Below, piece by piece: positions 41,401 through 51,100 of a stretch of DNA of 64,000 nt. The stretch comes from Candidatus Omnitrophota bacterium (lineage in GTDB: Bacteria > Omnitrophota > Gorgyraeia > Zapsychrales > JANLHA01). The stretch spans positions 1,519-65,518 of the forward strand of contig JAHFFT010000008.1 of the NCBI GenBank assembly GCA_023247795.1, written 5' to 3'. The translations under genes and the position numbers were made by a program. Numbering within the stretch: the stretch's first letter is position 1; each line of letters starts with the position of its first letter. The notes beneath the pieces were generated by a model. It saw nothing but the letters and a program-made list of their open reading frames with translations. It did no database searches and had not been told where the DNA came from.

Positions 41401-41985
41401 ATAAACATCGGCGCTATCGGGCACGATCCAGACCTTATTAAAAGTGTTGATCGGAATATTGGTTGTTCCGTATTGCGCGAGGGCCCGCTCATAAACCTTT
41501 TTCCAAAAAATTTGGCCGAACTCATCTTCGGGATACAACAAAGAAGCGGTGATTTGTTTCAAAAGATAATCTTGCGCCAAAAGGTCGCGGCCCATGTCGG
41601 TCCGGCCGAATTCGTCCGGGACAACGCGCTCTTTCTCGTAGGGCGAAAGGTTCACCCACTGGTCTTCGGCGCGGGTGGTGAGTGAAGCTAAAAAATATTT
41701 GATCAATTGGGTCGAGGATTTTTCTTTCTCGTCCTTGTTCAATTTCTGATCACCGAAATCAATAATGAATTCAAATCGAAAAGGCTCTTGAGGATGTACG
41801 CGCATTCCCTTAATGACCGGTGGATGAAAAGCTGTACTTAACCGCACCAATTCCCCGGGAACGGGAAGATTTAACAGTGCGGCCGTTGACTGGGCATAGA
41901 CCGGCGGCGGCAGGATCAATAAAAGAATTAAGAGAGGGGACAGTCCCCTGTGCAAAACCTGTGTAAAACTAGCGTATTTTTTCAT
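32470..41985 (-). CDS. Giant secreted/surface protein 1 (~3,171 aa): N-terminal giant-family domain, two GHKL/Hsp90-like ATPase modules, beta-propeller-like repeats, HExxH motif, conserved C-terminal domain
   Basis: Uninterrupted 9.6-kb ORF. Listed ORF start 42108 is a TTG; ATG at 41983-41985 (MKKYASFTQVLHRGLSPLLILLLILPPPVYAQS) gives a classic signal peptide and is preceded by TTGTTA-N17-TATACT. GHKL N-box IIEAASNSIDALGG (~40360-40395) and G1 box VIDNGKGMG (~39850). Second GHKL-like ELPQNSKDGGA / DDGNGPVPG / GYFGTGKYTTFAG (~34400-34750). SxDGxY-type repeats ~36500-38500. TMVHELGHFFEW at ~33005-33040. Confidence 0.85.
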   Translation of the reverse strand: MKKYASFTQVLHRGLSPLLILLLILPPPVYAQSTAALLNLPVPGELVRLSTAFHPPVIKGMRVHPQEPFRFEFIIDFGDQKLNKDEKEKSSTQLIKYFLASLTTRAEDQWVNLSPYEKERVVPDEFGRTDMGRDLLAQDYLLKQITASLLYPEDEFGQIFWKKVYERALAQYGTTNIPINTFNKVWIVPDSADVYTHENTAYIVKSHLKVMLDADYLAADANRQKDQKGPDSTAAKDAEPLNELSNTVMREIVLPALEKEINEGSHFGQLRQIYDALILATWYKRALKSSLLGQKYVNQNKTNGVQVEDERVNQKIYERYIEAYRKGVYNLIREESDPVSKSAIPRKYFGGGTNAGVETERVFRQVSSVSAAALLSHGEVEIVDTLTQDIVGPASGQMDAAPASSMDKLMLSSTDEIKNSPTTKEYDDGKGFHGVSIWHFIRAQERMEKGSLKGDELKAVLKKLNIITDESEYNPRKRKNYYQQILQHLSLSGYDGESIDAINAGTYKPSDLLEKTVFKQGSNARKQGIIEAASNSIDALGGRLGQFGKGVKQIIRWLEATGEDRIDVHTLQKGGTPYQLTILRVPTGQWYIQIKAVSRNDFRAAAENNAYENGTVIRVKLKGKIPYEHKSLNSLTSIKEEIHDRFAYVKDIAIKTRLRGIEEVVNGAEHRRILMPAGQRAATIEDKQSTGKEINLIFDDREIKVIDNGKGMGASPVSRMMVPAGGEKRPAYVTEQNLEDELKELMVIHDTKKQKSEIAIARREEVITTIPVGEKINPDAIVPGKLVLEFGIMVEINQARSGIIFPSEHDPRQRWPIKLAVERMVEGLLANPELDADPVGLLKYINMMIIGLQALAGNNEDNQYIVRKITDAVKNRIAAVVADLQSQGYVFLPHDRQFAQVETGHPTIYLDKHLFDWNDQISLKALGAEVVDTAVFRLIRNIDGKDREIPLVAVDFKEDTINEFENFDINTFDFLKKHPLPRIKGDGYVAIPKKFVARFNALVERRKRQKLTMGEQIELYQQAQLIKLLTDETVVTSYEVETPQKTVELLERLTYRFARSTGGIDSEAINQFLTKDPPELIPSNQRVPEGARKRYMIDDKGQLIDINSGQVVKNREGYRFKSIIPLRNNFYLLEVLFIKEKKILFKILDSNYVRELGVRGQEVLISPDGRYAYVPETVISTQNLITMLDTETEKQVDDFAEVLKYEPDRRAHDVRMSKNGLFVMWLEETNGIRKFYSWDLQFHQNVVFEAVSYEYGEIEHMAKLKAADGKFYWMDLENGNVVTGRNVYTDPQQRFSVFKTDSGQLQIYIHAAHKLISTAATPELTWEHPFQNPYIIANANHITAVNFGSFNDADDQDKFCVIETLEGRRFFVDQDGEIMLDTTGQSMSSIFANRIELTELLLGRVYRGENKLFNFLYVLSSIHPKFPLLIEQQVEAQEATEMKTGEKVRFKGDIVYYREGVAFYTVANGKLLSYRDFLDDQVLDTPVEYDLVAMSSDGQYAVIREGQQLKVLDLPDGTTSAEFADANDYPVVSFDGKYFVLENPKTRNVIYVNPYLRFVDDGFITKIDQEAKPFTKEKPEGEPEVDRQKLEARISLFNAEGYQIVEVKGKYIKYRRTEAMGSVWGVLDGIRNLPNNLPMFHTVHPGDYDDGKGNQLKYLGTQEIYFSHSGRFSIHEGRDSQGRKAAFIFDHVMGSHQARGYMYYDELYVDHHADVVILKDQSTSEFFVMDLVSGNKIFKGTAENVLIDHTGNFAIVNLGKANCRIVHLGTGEIISVAEFDKDFLGNGSISIAEDGQRVYLFIAEYDSRNEYFYEFIKDPLTGKIGPEPRQAPIKLDGRNKFNKLAVINGGKDNLPRYWIEYENKNLTLVRREIALFPAEDEDDHYTLHYKDTDNIYSDTKFIITDQDDLITLGREGTVRQKKFIEEFGNNPQVVFESPSNWSNDLGSLKGNKVGFEYKGNRQIENIFSNAMTEARMDIKNGFVNEDNTFILFQDRDERYYLLDQDDHLYDITDEVESGFEVYQAYGHNFQFRRGENEFRYFYPDRYLEKVRKVRVSAQQLARQKRIRTFWEEQVLSKHDQWISEAQTAYEPFLSLFPREYRESPENKFSERFKDFYRRQERGIHQRFKSAVDSQASVVDTRGLPSEEFSRRMKRIVEVLNHADATNQTLIDRLIQQVKGIDNSLTRQDCYQRLFEGLFELAMNPNLQIDLTSIDEHAVEVMMLGWLPQTLREWQQMSMIYQLLAELRRLRGDRLEINTIVKMVEFLQEAGRAEDQAIEIVMGQLKLFLDPQISGEYLLKWYQSFSEVDSGKIARALKDERRLEDLGNAADYVVLLTNQAPPVRVKKRLDPLGEDVLKDDYGLPVEKITNWNLDLKQRPETEADMHTIDELVEQRDLIAAYPDDEWLKAEIDNYTQKQREAGGYAAELPQNSKDGGAKNMVVEFYKDEEANELIEEISDDGNGPVPGKMLALIIPKSTKEAFAQLGKISGYFGTGKYTTFAGVDRIEIIAKDRDGQAFMFVMVLDREAHQVRLTRVRRCDASQLKANFMVRRVKSLKKTIPQLDQMLAKRSWKMFAGMSQDESFQIFFKDDIHDANKLSPLTVKGKKILTETDFIAPHPRTKKMIKYEGKMRIYSTEDPGVPIQIVDKNGLRVHDLKMESYLLALIPELLLADDKSDEGEENKSRTGHFHRLRLVIQIPLTVDQNRDAFEEEDNDFKEVLQKYIALEFYKALAVERLNNVNYPVESFPEDWEASQNENYWNVVNYADHIDLTSEEGRTTTLTDLISRINRAHEKVDDKEEIPEHPVQHWELDSLKQMIDGVDAVDAGEKELKQRVLLSFFTQLEVFTKEGKEEKTSLYIRRLQTQEKINAERARREAEKRGVDYQGASEDPHAAQHQHMARILQAIKNLDLTQIEKKPETDNEKRLMVLVASMAQKVGFTDFRLAQENPYFSGLFVGTNTVYISANLADAIDSQSGISRGHLHQPTETMVHELGHFFEWMYSLSLSGTRMEQNQVFVVLKGMQTTHDTKGGKFSEGNQLLATVMLAKHEPIAKSFDNFFLSSDDKSRVELPTNPNITISPQAFGFWENLQSSNKAVQTGNPDTPKEVNPGSSSSTGGIDFNPQNVNLNVRGQGLDLQVSPQDLESIEIHGLTPIILSIRPVANLPQFLGLSR
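41932..41951. repeat. Locus palindrome gcACAGGGGACAGTCCCCT inside giant-1 signal-peptide coding region (part of 34-bp segment shared with giant-2 upstream region)
   Basis: aggggacagtcccct at 41935-41949; extended match gttttacacaggttttgcacaggggactgtcccc (minus strand) vs gtttttaacaggttttgcacaggggactgtcccc upstream of giant 2. Confidence 0.8.
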
Positions 41986-42001
41986 AGTAAATGATATAAA
42001 G

Positions 42002-42030
42002 AGTATAAAACATAATACTATAAATAACAA
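42002..42030 (-). promoter_or_regulatory. Putative sigma70-like promoter of giant gene 1 (TTGTTA-N17-TATACT)
   Basis: Minus-strand TTGTTA tttatagtattatgttt TATACT, 16 nt upstream of ATG 41985; same TATACT -10 as giant 2. Confidence 0.35.
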
Positions 42031-42127
42031 AACATTAGAGGAATAATGGTCCGCTAGATCAGAATGGACATTTCCTAAAAATTGTAAATTTGTAACTATT
42101 TTAATCAAAACGATTTACGCACTTATT

Positions 42128-42145
42128 AACAGGGGACTGTCCCCT
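42128..42145. repeat. Locus palindrome AACAGGGGACTGTCCCCT overlapping giant-2 TAG stop
   Basis: RC reads ...CAT CAA TAG GGGACAGTCCCCTGTTAATAAG; perfect 15-bp palindrome. Confidence 0.85.
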
Positions 42146-45100
42146 ATTGATGAAGGGCAACTTCTTCGGGTGTGACAGGTTGCGGTGAAATTCCTAAAAA
42201 TAGCGGGAGGTTGGTGATGGGGACGGTATGCGTAATGACCGGGGTAAAGCCTTCGATGGGGATCTGCGAAAGCCCTTCGGCACTGTCCGTGACTTGCAGA
42301 TCAATGCCTTCCCCTTCAACCTGCATTTGAATCAACGATGGGTCCAAATCAATCCCGCCCGGGATCTGAGCTTCGGGAGAATTTTGCCAGCCAGGATGAA
42401 GCATGACGCTCGGAATGATCTCTACAGAAGTGTTTAGGTTCATTGGTTCTGACTCAGTTTTTGACAGGAAAAAAGCATCATTTCTCAACATCTTATTATA
42501 CATCTTACCTGCACCAGCTTGAACTCTGGCATCTATTCCTCGGGCGTCCATCAAACCCATTAAAACCCTATGAAAAATCTTCTCCTCGCCCTCGTCTTTA
42601 AATTGCTCTCTGACCTGTTGCAACGTTAACTCTACATCAACTAACGAGTTCAGCAAGTTGACGAGAAAAGCATTGACCTCGATCGGTTCGGCCGCTTCCT
42701 CTTGTTGGATCACTACTGGTGCGGCCGCAACCCCCAAAAATTCCGGAGTCATGTCGGCCCTGGTAAGGGGCTTTTGTCCGTCGATCCTCAATTCCAAATC
42801 AGCTCGGTCGATCCGTTTAAACAATTCCGCGATGCTTTGACGCATCTCGGGAATGAGCTCACCAGATGTCATCTCAATGACCTGTAAATTCGGTAATGCT
42901 TCTAAAATACTGATCAACCGATCATTGAATTTCATAAATGGCAACCTCAGCGTTTTGATTCGTTTGATTTGTCTCAGGAATTCAATCCGCAAATCTTTTG
43001 GGTTGACCTGACTCAAATCCAAGGAAAACGTATCATCTGGTCCACGAATAAAATGATTAGAAACGTTATGAACTATACCAATATGCTTTAAGAAAGATAA
43101 TTGATGGTCTAAGGAGAACCCTGATCCAATTTCTCCAATCACCTGCTTAGATACATCCTCATACGTTATCGCAGCTTTATTTCCATTTTTGATCGTTAAT
43201 TCCTTTCCTCGCGGATGAATGGCAATAATGAGGTAGGCCACAAATCCAAAGTCCCAACCAACAGTCTGGTCTTCCGTCAGTATTAATTCTTTCAACCTTG
43301 GCCATTCGCACGTATGTATGACCAATCTCAAATAATTCCCAACCATTGTTGGCAACGCCACCGAAGCAAGATTCCTTAATTTATGCAAATCTTTTAAGTA
43401 CAAACTTTCGCCTGAAGGTTTACTTTTTGTAAGATCAAGCTTAATTACGGTGGTCCCATCTGTATCCTTGAACGTTGAAAGTGTCTCATCGGTCAAAGGC
43501 ATGTGACTGCGTTGCAAAATTTCTTTTGCCAATGCAATCTGTTCTGGAAGGCTCAATTCCTTCAGCTCCGGCAGTTCACTCGAAAATGGTTTGACCTCTG
43601 CTGACAACTCTTCCTCGCCAGTTTTCTTATACTCATCCGGCACATCGTCGTAAGTAACGGTAAACTTGTCATTAACAAAAACAACCATATTCCTGCCATT
43701 GGGATGTTGGGCCATAAAACGATAAAGATCATCTCGGCCGGACATCGAATCCTCTAAATGAATACCCAAATAGGTCAAATTTGGCATGCTGTTCAAAGAA
43801 TTGAGGTTGCCGTCCACAGCATCAAATTCTAAATTAAGATAAATGATATTTTCCATTGGCGGGATGGTTTTCAATGTTAGGGTGCCATTCCCTTTGAGTT
43901 CAAAATGACGAAGACTCACCAAATCTTCAAACCCAAGCTGACCGGTTGAAAAAATGCTGGCATTAACTTTCAGCGAATACAAATTGGGGAGTCCCTTTAA
44001 CTTGTCCATATTCGTTAGCGAATGCTTTATTGCTTGACCATTTTTATCATGCTGCAGATCTAAATCAATCCGCTTAGTTTGTTCAATTGCTGGCACATTG
44101 ATACTCATAAACTTTTCTTTTGAAAAATTTGCCCCCATAAAGTAACCGACTTTCGCGACTTGCCCATAAAGTGTATTTTTCCCGCTTGACGGAAAATTCG
44201 GCATTTGCCCGCCACGTGTATACATGAGTCCATTGAGAATCACGATCATATGCTCGCCGTTAGGATGCGTTTCCAATAATTGTTTTACTTGCTCGATCGT
44301 ACAGTACGCACTAGTAATTTTAACCACTTGCAATTTCTTTAAGTCATTCAATAGCTCAAGATCGATTTGCTCATCGCTTGTGAAAACAAGATGTCTTAAT
44401 TCTTGCAGTGGAGACAAGAATTCAAGGCCGCCAGCTTCAAGTCCATAAATGGTTAACTCCCTTAACTGTGGAACATGACGTAGTTCTTTTAAATTTTCTT
44501 CGTCCCATATCATAAACATTTTCTTTAAATCCGGAATTTGCGAAAGCGGCTGCAAACTTGGAACCTGACCGTCAAAATGAAGACCAATGGTTTGAAACGG
44601 TTGGCTCAATTCCATAAAACCCTTGATCATTTGATCGGGACCGAAAAAGGCCCTTACCGCGGCCGCTTGCTTTGTAAACGACTCCATTTGCGCGTTCATA
44701 TCTGCCAACCTCTGCAACGCACGAGCTTGTTCATCTTGCGGCGCTGGGCTCAATAGCGCGGGACTCAATTCTTGTTCCTCCCTCTTCATCGCATCAATCC
44801 GTTCGCGGACATCAGTGACCACTCCGCCCGAATCAAATGTTTTCAATTGGAAAACTTCTGGATAAGGATGGTCAACAAGCGCTTTGAGGGCATTGGTCAA
44901 TGTCAAAGTTTTGGTTGAAGGAATCTTTGAGAAATCCACAACAATGCTTCCTGCGACATGGGTCAACGTTCCCTTAACATCACCGCTGGGAATCGAATAA
45001 AGCCTCCCTAGATTTTCCACATAATGTTTTAGAGCGGACTGTAAATCAATAACAACCTGAATTTCTCTCTCAAAAAATTTTTCTATCTCGTCTACTCCCT

Positions 45101-48100
45101 TTAACACCCATTTCTTGCGTGGAGGCTGTAAAGTAAAATCCTTTCGAAGGGGATGAGCCCGGCATAAATGCAAAATTTGATGGGAAGGCACATTCGTATT
45201 TTGCAAATCAAGAATACGAATAACGTTACCATTAAGATGATACAGGCTTTGCAATTTGGGGGTGTTCAATTCGAGCTCAAAAACATCGACACCTTGCAAA
45301 CAGGGAAGTTCAGTGGCTTGCGGATCATCCACCGTCAAGATTTTCAATTGTTGGAATTCATTAAGGTCGCGCAAATGACCATAATCGACGATCAGCGAGG
45401 CATTGCGCAAGATCACCTGCTTTAAAAAACTCAAATGATTCAGCTTGCTCAAATCAGGAATGGTAGTCACATTCTTAAGGACAAGCGCCAGATACGGCAA
45501 TTCCTTTTTGCCGGATTTTTTTCCGGGCTGAATATGAACGTCCGCTTGATCAGGTCTTAAACCCAATTCTTTCAAAATTTCTTTAGCAGTGATCGACTGG
45601 AAAGCAATCACCTTATCAACAGCACTATCAACGATACCCTCTATGCCAAATTCCATTCCTGCGGCAGGGACTATTATTAAGTTGTCCTGATTAACATGCC
45701 ATAACAAAAGATCGCTAGTCGCAAAATCTCTAGAATTATCGACAGTATTCATCCGCGAAAGATCAAGATACCGCAAATGACGCGCACCCAATAAAGGCCG
45801 GAAGTCACCGTCTTTACTAAACGTAGAAGTCCCCATATCAATACGTTTCAAAAAAGTCAGTCTTTCAAAAGGCAGTTCACTGAATTTTTTATAATTTTCC
45901 GGAGTGATCTTAAATTCAGCCGCGATATACGGACGATTGTCGTCATCAAAATGGATGGCTGTGGGAGTCACGAGACCGGAATCGAAAAGATAATCCGCCT
46001 GATCATCGATCGTTTCCAGCCAGTTTGTTGGTTGGGTCTCTTCCAACCCAGCCGCACTGACAGTTGACGGCTGAGACTTCTCTTCAACTTTGGCCGGAGA
46101 TTTTTGTCCCGACAGTTGATTCTGATTTGCTTTAAGGAAAGACTCGTAACTTCCGTAAAAATATTTGAAACCACTGTGGTCTGTCTCATCCCTCAGATTG
46201 ATATTTAAATTCGGACGCTGTTGATAAAACTCATTGATTTGCTCTATGGTCAGGCTCCCATCCCAGGGTAATGTCAATGTTCGCAAATTGGCACATCTCA
46301 AAATAGGTGATAAATCTCGGATCCCGGATTTCGCTAAATCCAGGCTAATGATGGCATCGAAATCCTCTAAAAAACTAAAATCACCGGTCAGGACCGGCGC
46401 AGAAAATGTTAAAAAGCCGACATTTTTATTGGTCGCTAACGCTCGTAACGACTGATAATCCTTAGCGTCGACAGAAGAAAATTCAACAATGACCTGATCC
46501 AATCTCAAGTCATCCGACAAGACGCCCAAATCCACATTCGCTGATCCGTCAGTTGTGACAGGAGGCTTCTTAATTTTTAATATCACATATCCACCAAGCC
46601 CTGATTCCGCGGTGATGCTAAAATTTTGGTCAAACACTAACGAGCTTCCCTCTGTCAACTTTTGCCTAATATTTTGCATCGCCTCTTGTCTTACCTCTTC
46701 AACGAACGATGGATCTAGATTCGCGAGTTTCCATTCTCGACCATCCGGCATCTTGACTTTTAGCATCATACGATTAGGATGATGGGCCAGAAACCGCCGG
46801 ATGTCCTCCTCAGTCACGGAGCCCGGTAATAAATTGGAAAGATCAACAGCGGTCAAATTATAAGCACCATAAAGAAAATCGAGATCATTGAGCGCGGAGG
46901 CGCTCAAATCCACCTTGGTCAATGCCGGACTATTTATCAACGCCCTTCTCTTGATTTTCCCCAAATCTCTAGCACTCATTCCGCTCAAATCCAAAAGTAA
47001 TTCTTTGTTTCCCTCCCCTACGTCCTCCCTAAAACGAATCCTATACGAATCAAATCCCCCAATCGCAGCTGCTAATAAACCAATGAGATAATATTTTTGC
47101 GGATTATTATCATTCACGGCCTGTTCGGCCGATTCCGGATTAAGGTTCGAAGCCTCTTCAGGTTTTATCCGATCACCATACTCGGCCATGAATCGATCAT
47201 AACTTTCCATTGTAAATTCGTCTCCTGATGGAAGAAAAAATGTTAATTGAAGATTTGGCCGCTGTTGATAAAATTGAGCAATGTCTTCTAAAGATAAACC
47301 CTGCCCCAAATAAACACTCAAAGATTTAAGATATTTCAACCGCAGGCAAGGCGATAAGTCATTGGCGGCTTTATGCAACACCAAATCATAAAGGTTGGGG
47401 AAGAATTCAACGATCTGGTTCAAATCCAATGGATTAGGATTGGATGCGTCATCAATCTGAATATCTCTAATATTTCTATTTAATCCTAACGAAGATAACG
47501 CTCTCTTCCCTCTTTCTGTGGACGCATCAAAATTGATTTTCACTTCATCTAACCTTAAGACATCTTGCAAAACCGACAAACTTGCTCTTAACGATACGCC
47601 AGTCAATGAACCCGTCAAATCTTTATTAGATGGAGGGGATTTCAACACTAAAACCACTGAACCCTCATCGGTTTCATCAACCGAAAAATCAGTGCCTTCT
47701 TGCATTCCTTGTCCTTTTAACTTATCAACGATGTCTTTTTTAGCTTCTTTGACAGCTTCCGTTTTATAGTCTTCCTCTAAAGATCCAAAATTCAATTCAC
47801 TCCCATCCGGCAAAAATATCTGCAGAAACTGTCGATTGGGATGGTGGGCCAGGAAATATTTAATATTTTTAAGCGAAGCTCGCGAAGGTAAGGAACCTTT
47901 AAAACTAATGACCCGTAGGTTATGAGCACTGTAAAACGTGGCAAGTACTGTAGGATCCACATTTGCCGTTGCTAGCCCAACCCACTCCAAGTCTGGAAAA
48001 TCGACAAACGCATTACTTTCAATTTGACGCAGAACCGCGACCGGTTGATCGAACAAATCTACTGCCAAACTTTGACTCCTATCTATTCTAGGGAGTGGCG

Positions 48101-51100
48101 CAACATTGCCTTTATCAAAACCCGGAATCACGCTTGCCAAATAATCCGCCAACCGCTGTTTTTGCGAAGAAATCTCTTCAGCCGGCGAGCTATCTAATGC
48201 CTTTCCCAATGGAAGCTCATCCTGCGTCCCGGCCAGCTCGCTTAACTGTCCCTCATTTTTTGCAATGAAATCTTGATAATCTTTATAATCGACCAGCCCT
48301 GAGTTCCAGCTGGAAGGAAGCAGACACAACTTCATATCCGGCCGCTGCCGATAAAAATCATCCATGCCCTGCAAACTTAAAGCCTCACCACGATATAGCA
48401 ATAACTGTCGAAGATATTTCAACTGCAAGCAAGGGGACAGGTCATTTGCGGTTTTCGGCAAACCCAAAACATAAAGGTTGGGAAAATCTTCAACGATTTG
48501 CTGCAAATCCAATGAATTAGGATTTGCCTTTGAATCAAACTGGACATTTCTAATGTTCTTATTTTTACCTATTTGTCGTAAGGCTAACTTCCCTCTTTCT
48601 GAAGAAGCGTCAAAATTGATTTTAATTTTATCTAGCGGAATAATGTCATTCAACACCGACAAATCTGCTGCAGACGGAATCCTTTTCAACACTAAGACCA
48701 CTGAACCCTCGGTTTCATGAACTGAAAAATCAGCGAGTTCGACCATTCCTTGATTCCTCAGCCTGGCAACGATGTTTCTCTCAGCTTCTTTACAGACGCC
48801 TGCTTTACTTTTTTGGTCTAAAGATTTAAAATCCAATTCACTCTCATCCGGCATAACAACCTTGAGAAACCAGCGGTTAGGATGGCGGGCGAGAAATTTC
48901 TTGATATCCTCCTCACCTATTGAACTAGACGTTTTTTTCAATCCTTTAAAACTGATCTCCTTCAAGTTGCGGGCGCTGTAAAGAAAATTCAAATCCATGG
49001 GTTCTGCCTCGGATAAATCCACGGCCTCCAAAGCTGGATAATCAGAAAACGCGCGATCTTCTATTTGATGCAAATCGTAATTGGAAAGCCCGTGCAAATC
49101 CAGAACCAAATATGACCCATTCCACAAGGCAACCCGATGAGGATCAAACCCTATAATCCTTCCTGCCAAATATACGGCCAGCCGCTCTCTTTGCAAGAAA
49201 TTATTCGTGCTTTCTTCTTCTGACGGCTGCGCTCTCTTGGCCGACGTTTCAGTTTGCTGAGCGGCCTGATTCTTACTGGATGTGGCCACGGGCCACCAAA
49301 TTTTTCTACCATCAGATAGCTCGATTTCTAATTTTTCCCGATTTTTATGCCTCATCAACAAATTCACGAGGAATTCATTCGGCATCTCTTGCCTCAATTT
49401 CAACCTTGTCAAATTCTCCAAACTCAACAAAGGATCGAGCCGGTCAGCTTGTTCAACTTTAATTTTGATATCGACCTCTGTAAGCAAAGAAAGTTTGGCA
49501 AACTCATTTTGAGCGAATGTAGCGAATGTATCATAATTCTCTTCCGTGACATCCACCTGCAAAGAAAAATAAGGCTCACCAGTACTGATATGTTTAAGAC
49601 TGGGCACAAAAAGCGCAAATTCCGAACCATGCTCCTTACTGAAATCTGACAAAATATTGAATTGGGCAATGCCTTCCGGGCCCGTAGCCGATATTTTTTC
49701 CTCCGCCGGCATTTGCACTTCAACTTGCGCCTCTACCACCTGCCCCTCCCGCTCCAAGTCCGCTAATGTCAATTGCTTGTCGTCCGGCATCAATATTCGT
49801 AAATTCTTTCGGTTGGAGTGAACGCGTAAAAAGGCCTTGATCTGATCCACGGAAACGGCTCCGGGGAGCAAATTCTTCAAAGACAATAATTTTAGGTTCT
49901 TAAAATTTAATAAACCATCGAGATATTCGACATCCGTATTATCCAATTCAACGATCCCGACATTATGAAAAGAGGTCGAACGTATTGCCTGGCTAGCCTT
50001 CGATGACGGATGAAAGATATCTCCAACCCCCTTCAAGTGCATCAATGACAAGACAATCCCCGCCCCTTTGGGAAAAGTATCATCTTGAAAGTCGACAACC
50101 CGATCCGAACCAAACCCGTTTAGAATACCGCTAAACAACTCAAACAACTGATTTTTCTGCTCCTCGACAGATAATTCCGGTTTCTGGTTTGGCGCAGAAA
50201 CTTGCGTCGTTACCTCCTCCTGTGCCAACGCCTTCAAACACTCCCGATAATCGGCAAAGACCCTGCCGTCGGGCATGATGATGCGCAGACTGGCAGCGAT
50301 AGACGGGGGTAAAAGCCTAATGATCCTGGTGATCTCCTGATTGGTCAAAGGTTTTATTTTGGGAAGTGTCATATCCACAAAACCATCTTTATCGGAACGA
50401 ACGTTAATTCCCCTTGCACTTGGCGTGTTTCCTTCGTCTATGATACTAATCAATAACAAATCGAGTTCTGCCGCATCCAACCTCATTCCCTTTGCGATCT
50501 CTTGACTGTGCTGCTTTGTATACTTAGCCATGCTTTCTTCGTCAGCAATCTTGATTTCTTGATTAGGAAAGCTAATATGTAAAATAAATTTGTCTACAAA
50601 ACTAAACATTAAATTAAATTGCGATCTACCAATATCGGGATAACGTGTCCATAACTGAAGCACCTGCTTTGCGCTGACCTGTGAATCGATAAAAAGCTCC
50701 TGAATGGGACACCCAAATAAGGGGGCGATATTCGTTACCCCCGTACCGCTGAGTGAAATCGTCGCCTGATCCAAATCCACCCTTTCAAGAAAAGAAATAT
50801 CCGTCAACTGCGGATCATTGCTTAAGAGCAATGTCTTGTTTCCCCTATGCACATTCCATTTTGAAATTTCAGAAAGGTCCAGCCGACTAGGATATTCAAC
50901 ATTAAGAATTCCGAAGTAACCCAATCGATAAATCGCTGATAAATCCGGTAGACGGCCTTCGGTCAATTCGACATTGATTTGTATCATTTCTTTATTCACT
51001 TGCAGACGCACGGAGCCGTCAGGTAACCCTGGGATTTTAGCAAGTTCTCGCTGAGCAATTTTCAACTGATGATTAACCGCCTCCTCGATCTGCTCATGAA

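Noticed and set aside
41986-42108. N-terminal 41-codon extension of giant 1 in the ORF track
   Set aside because: The 42106-42108 start is TTG, not ATG. The ATG at 41985 yields a canonical signal peptide and is preceded by a TTGTTA-N17-TATACT box. The TTG start cannot be fully excluded.
42128-42145. Interpretation of the 15-bp locus palindrome as a simple rho-independent terminator
   Set aside because: The maximal hairpin is a 6-bp stem with a 3-nt loop and no following U tract in the transcript direction. It also occurs upstream of promoters and inside coding sequence. It is kept as a finding of unknown function.
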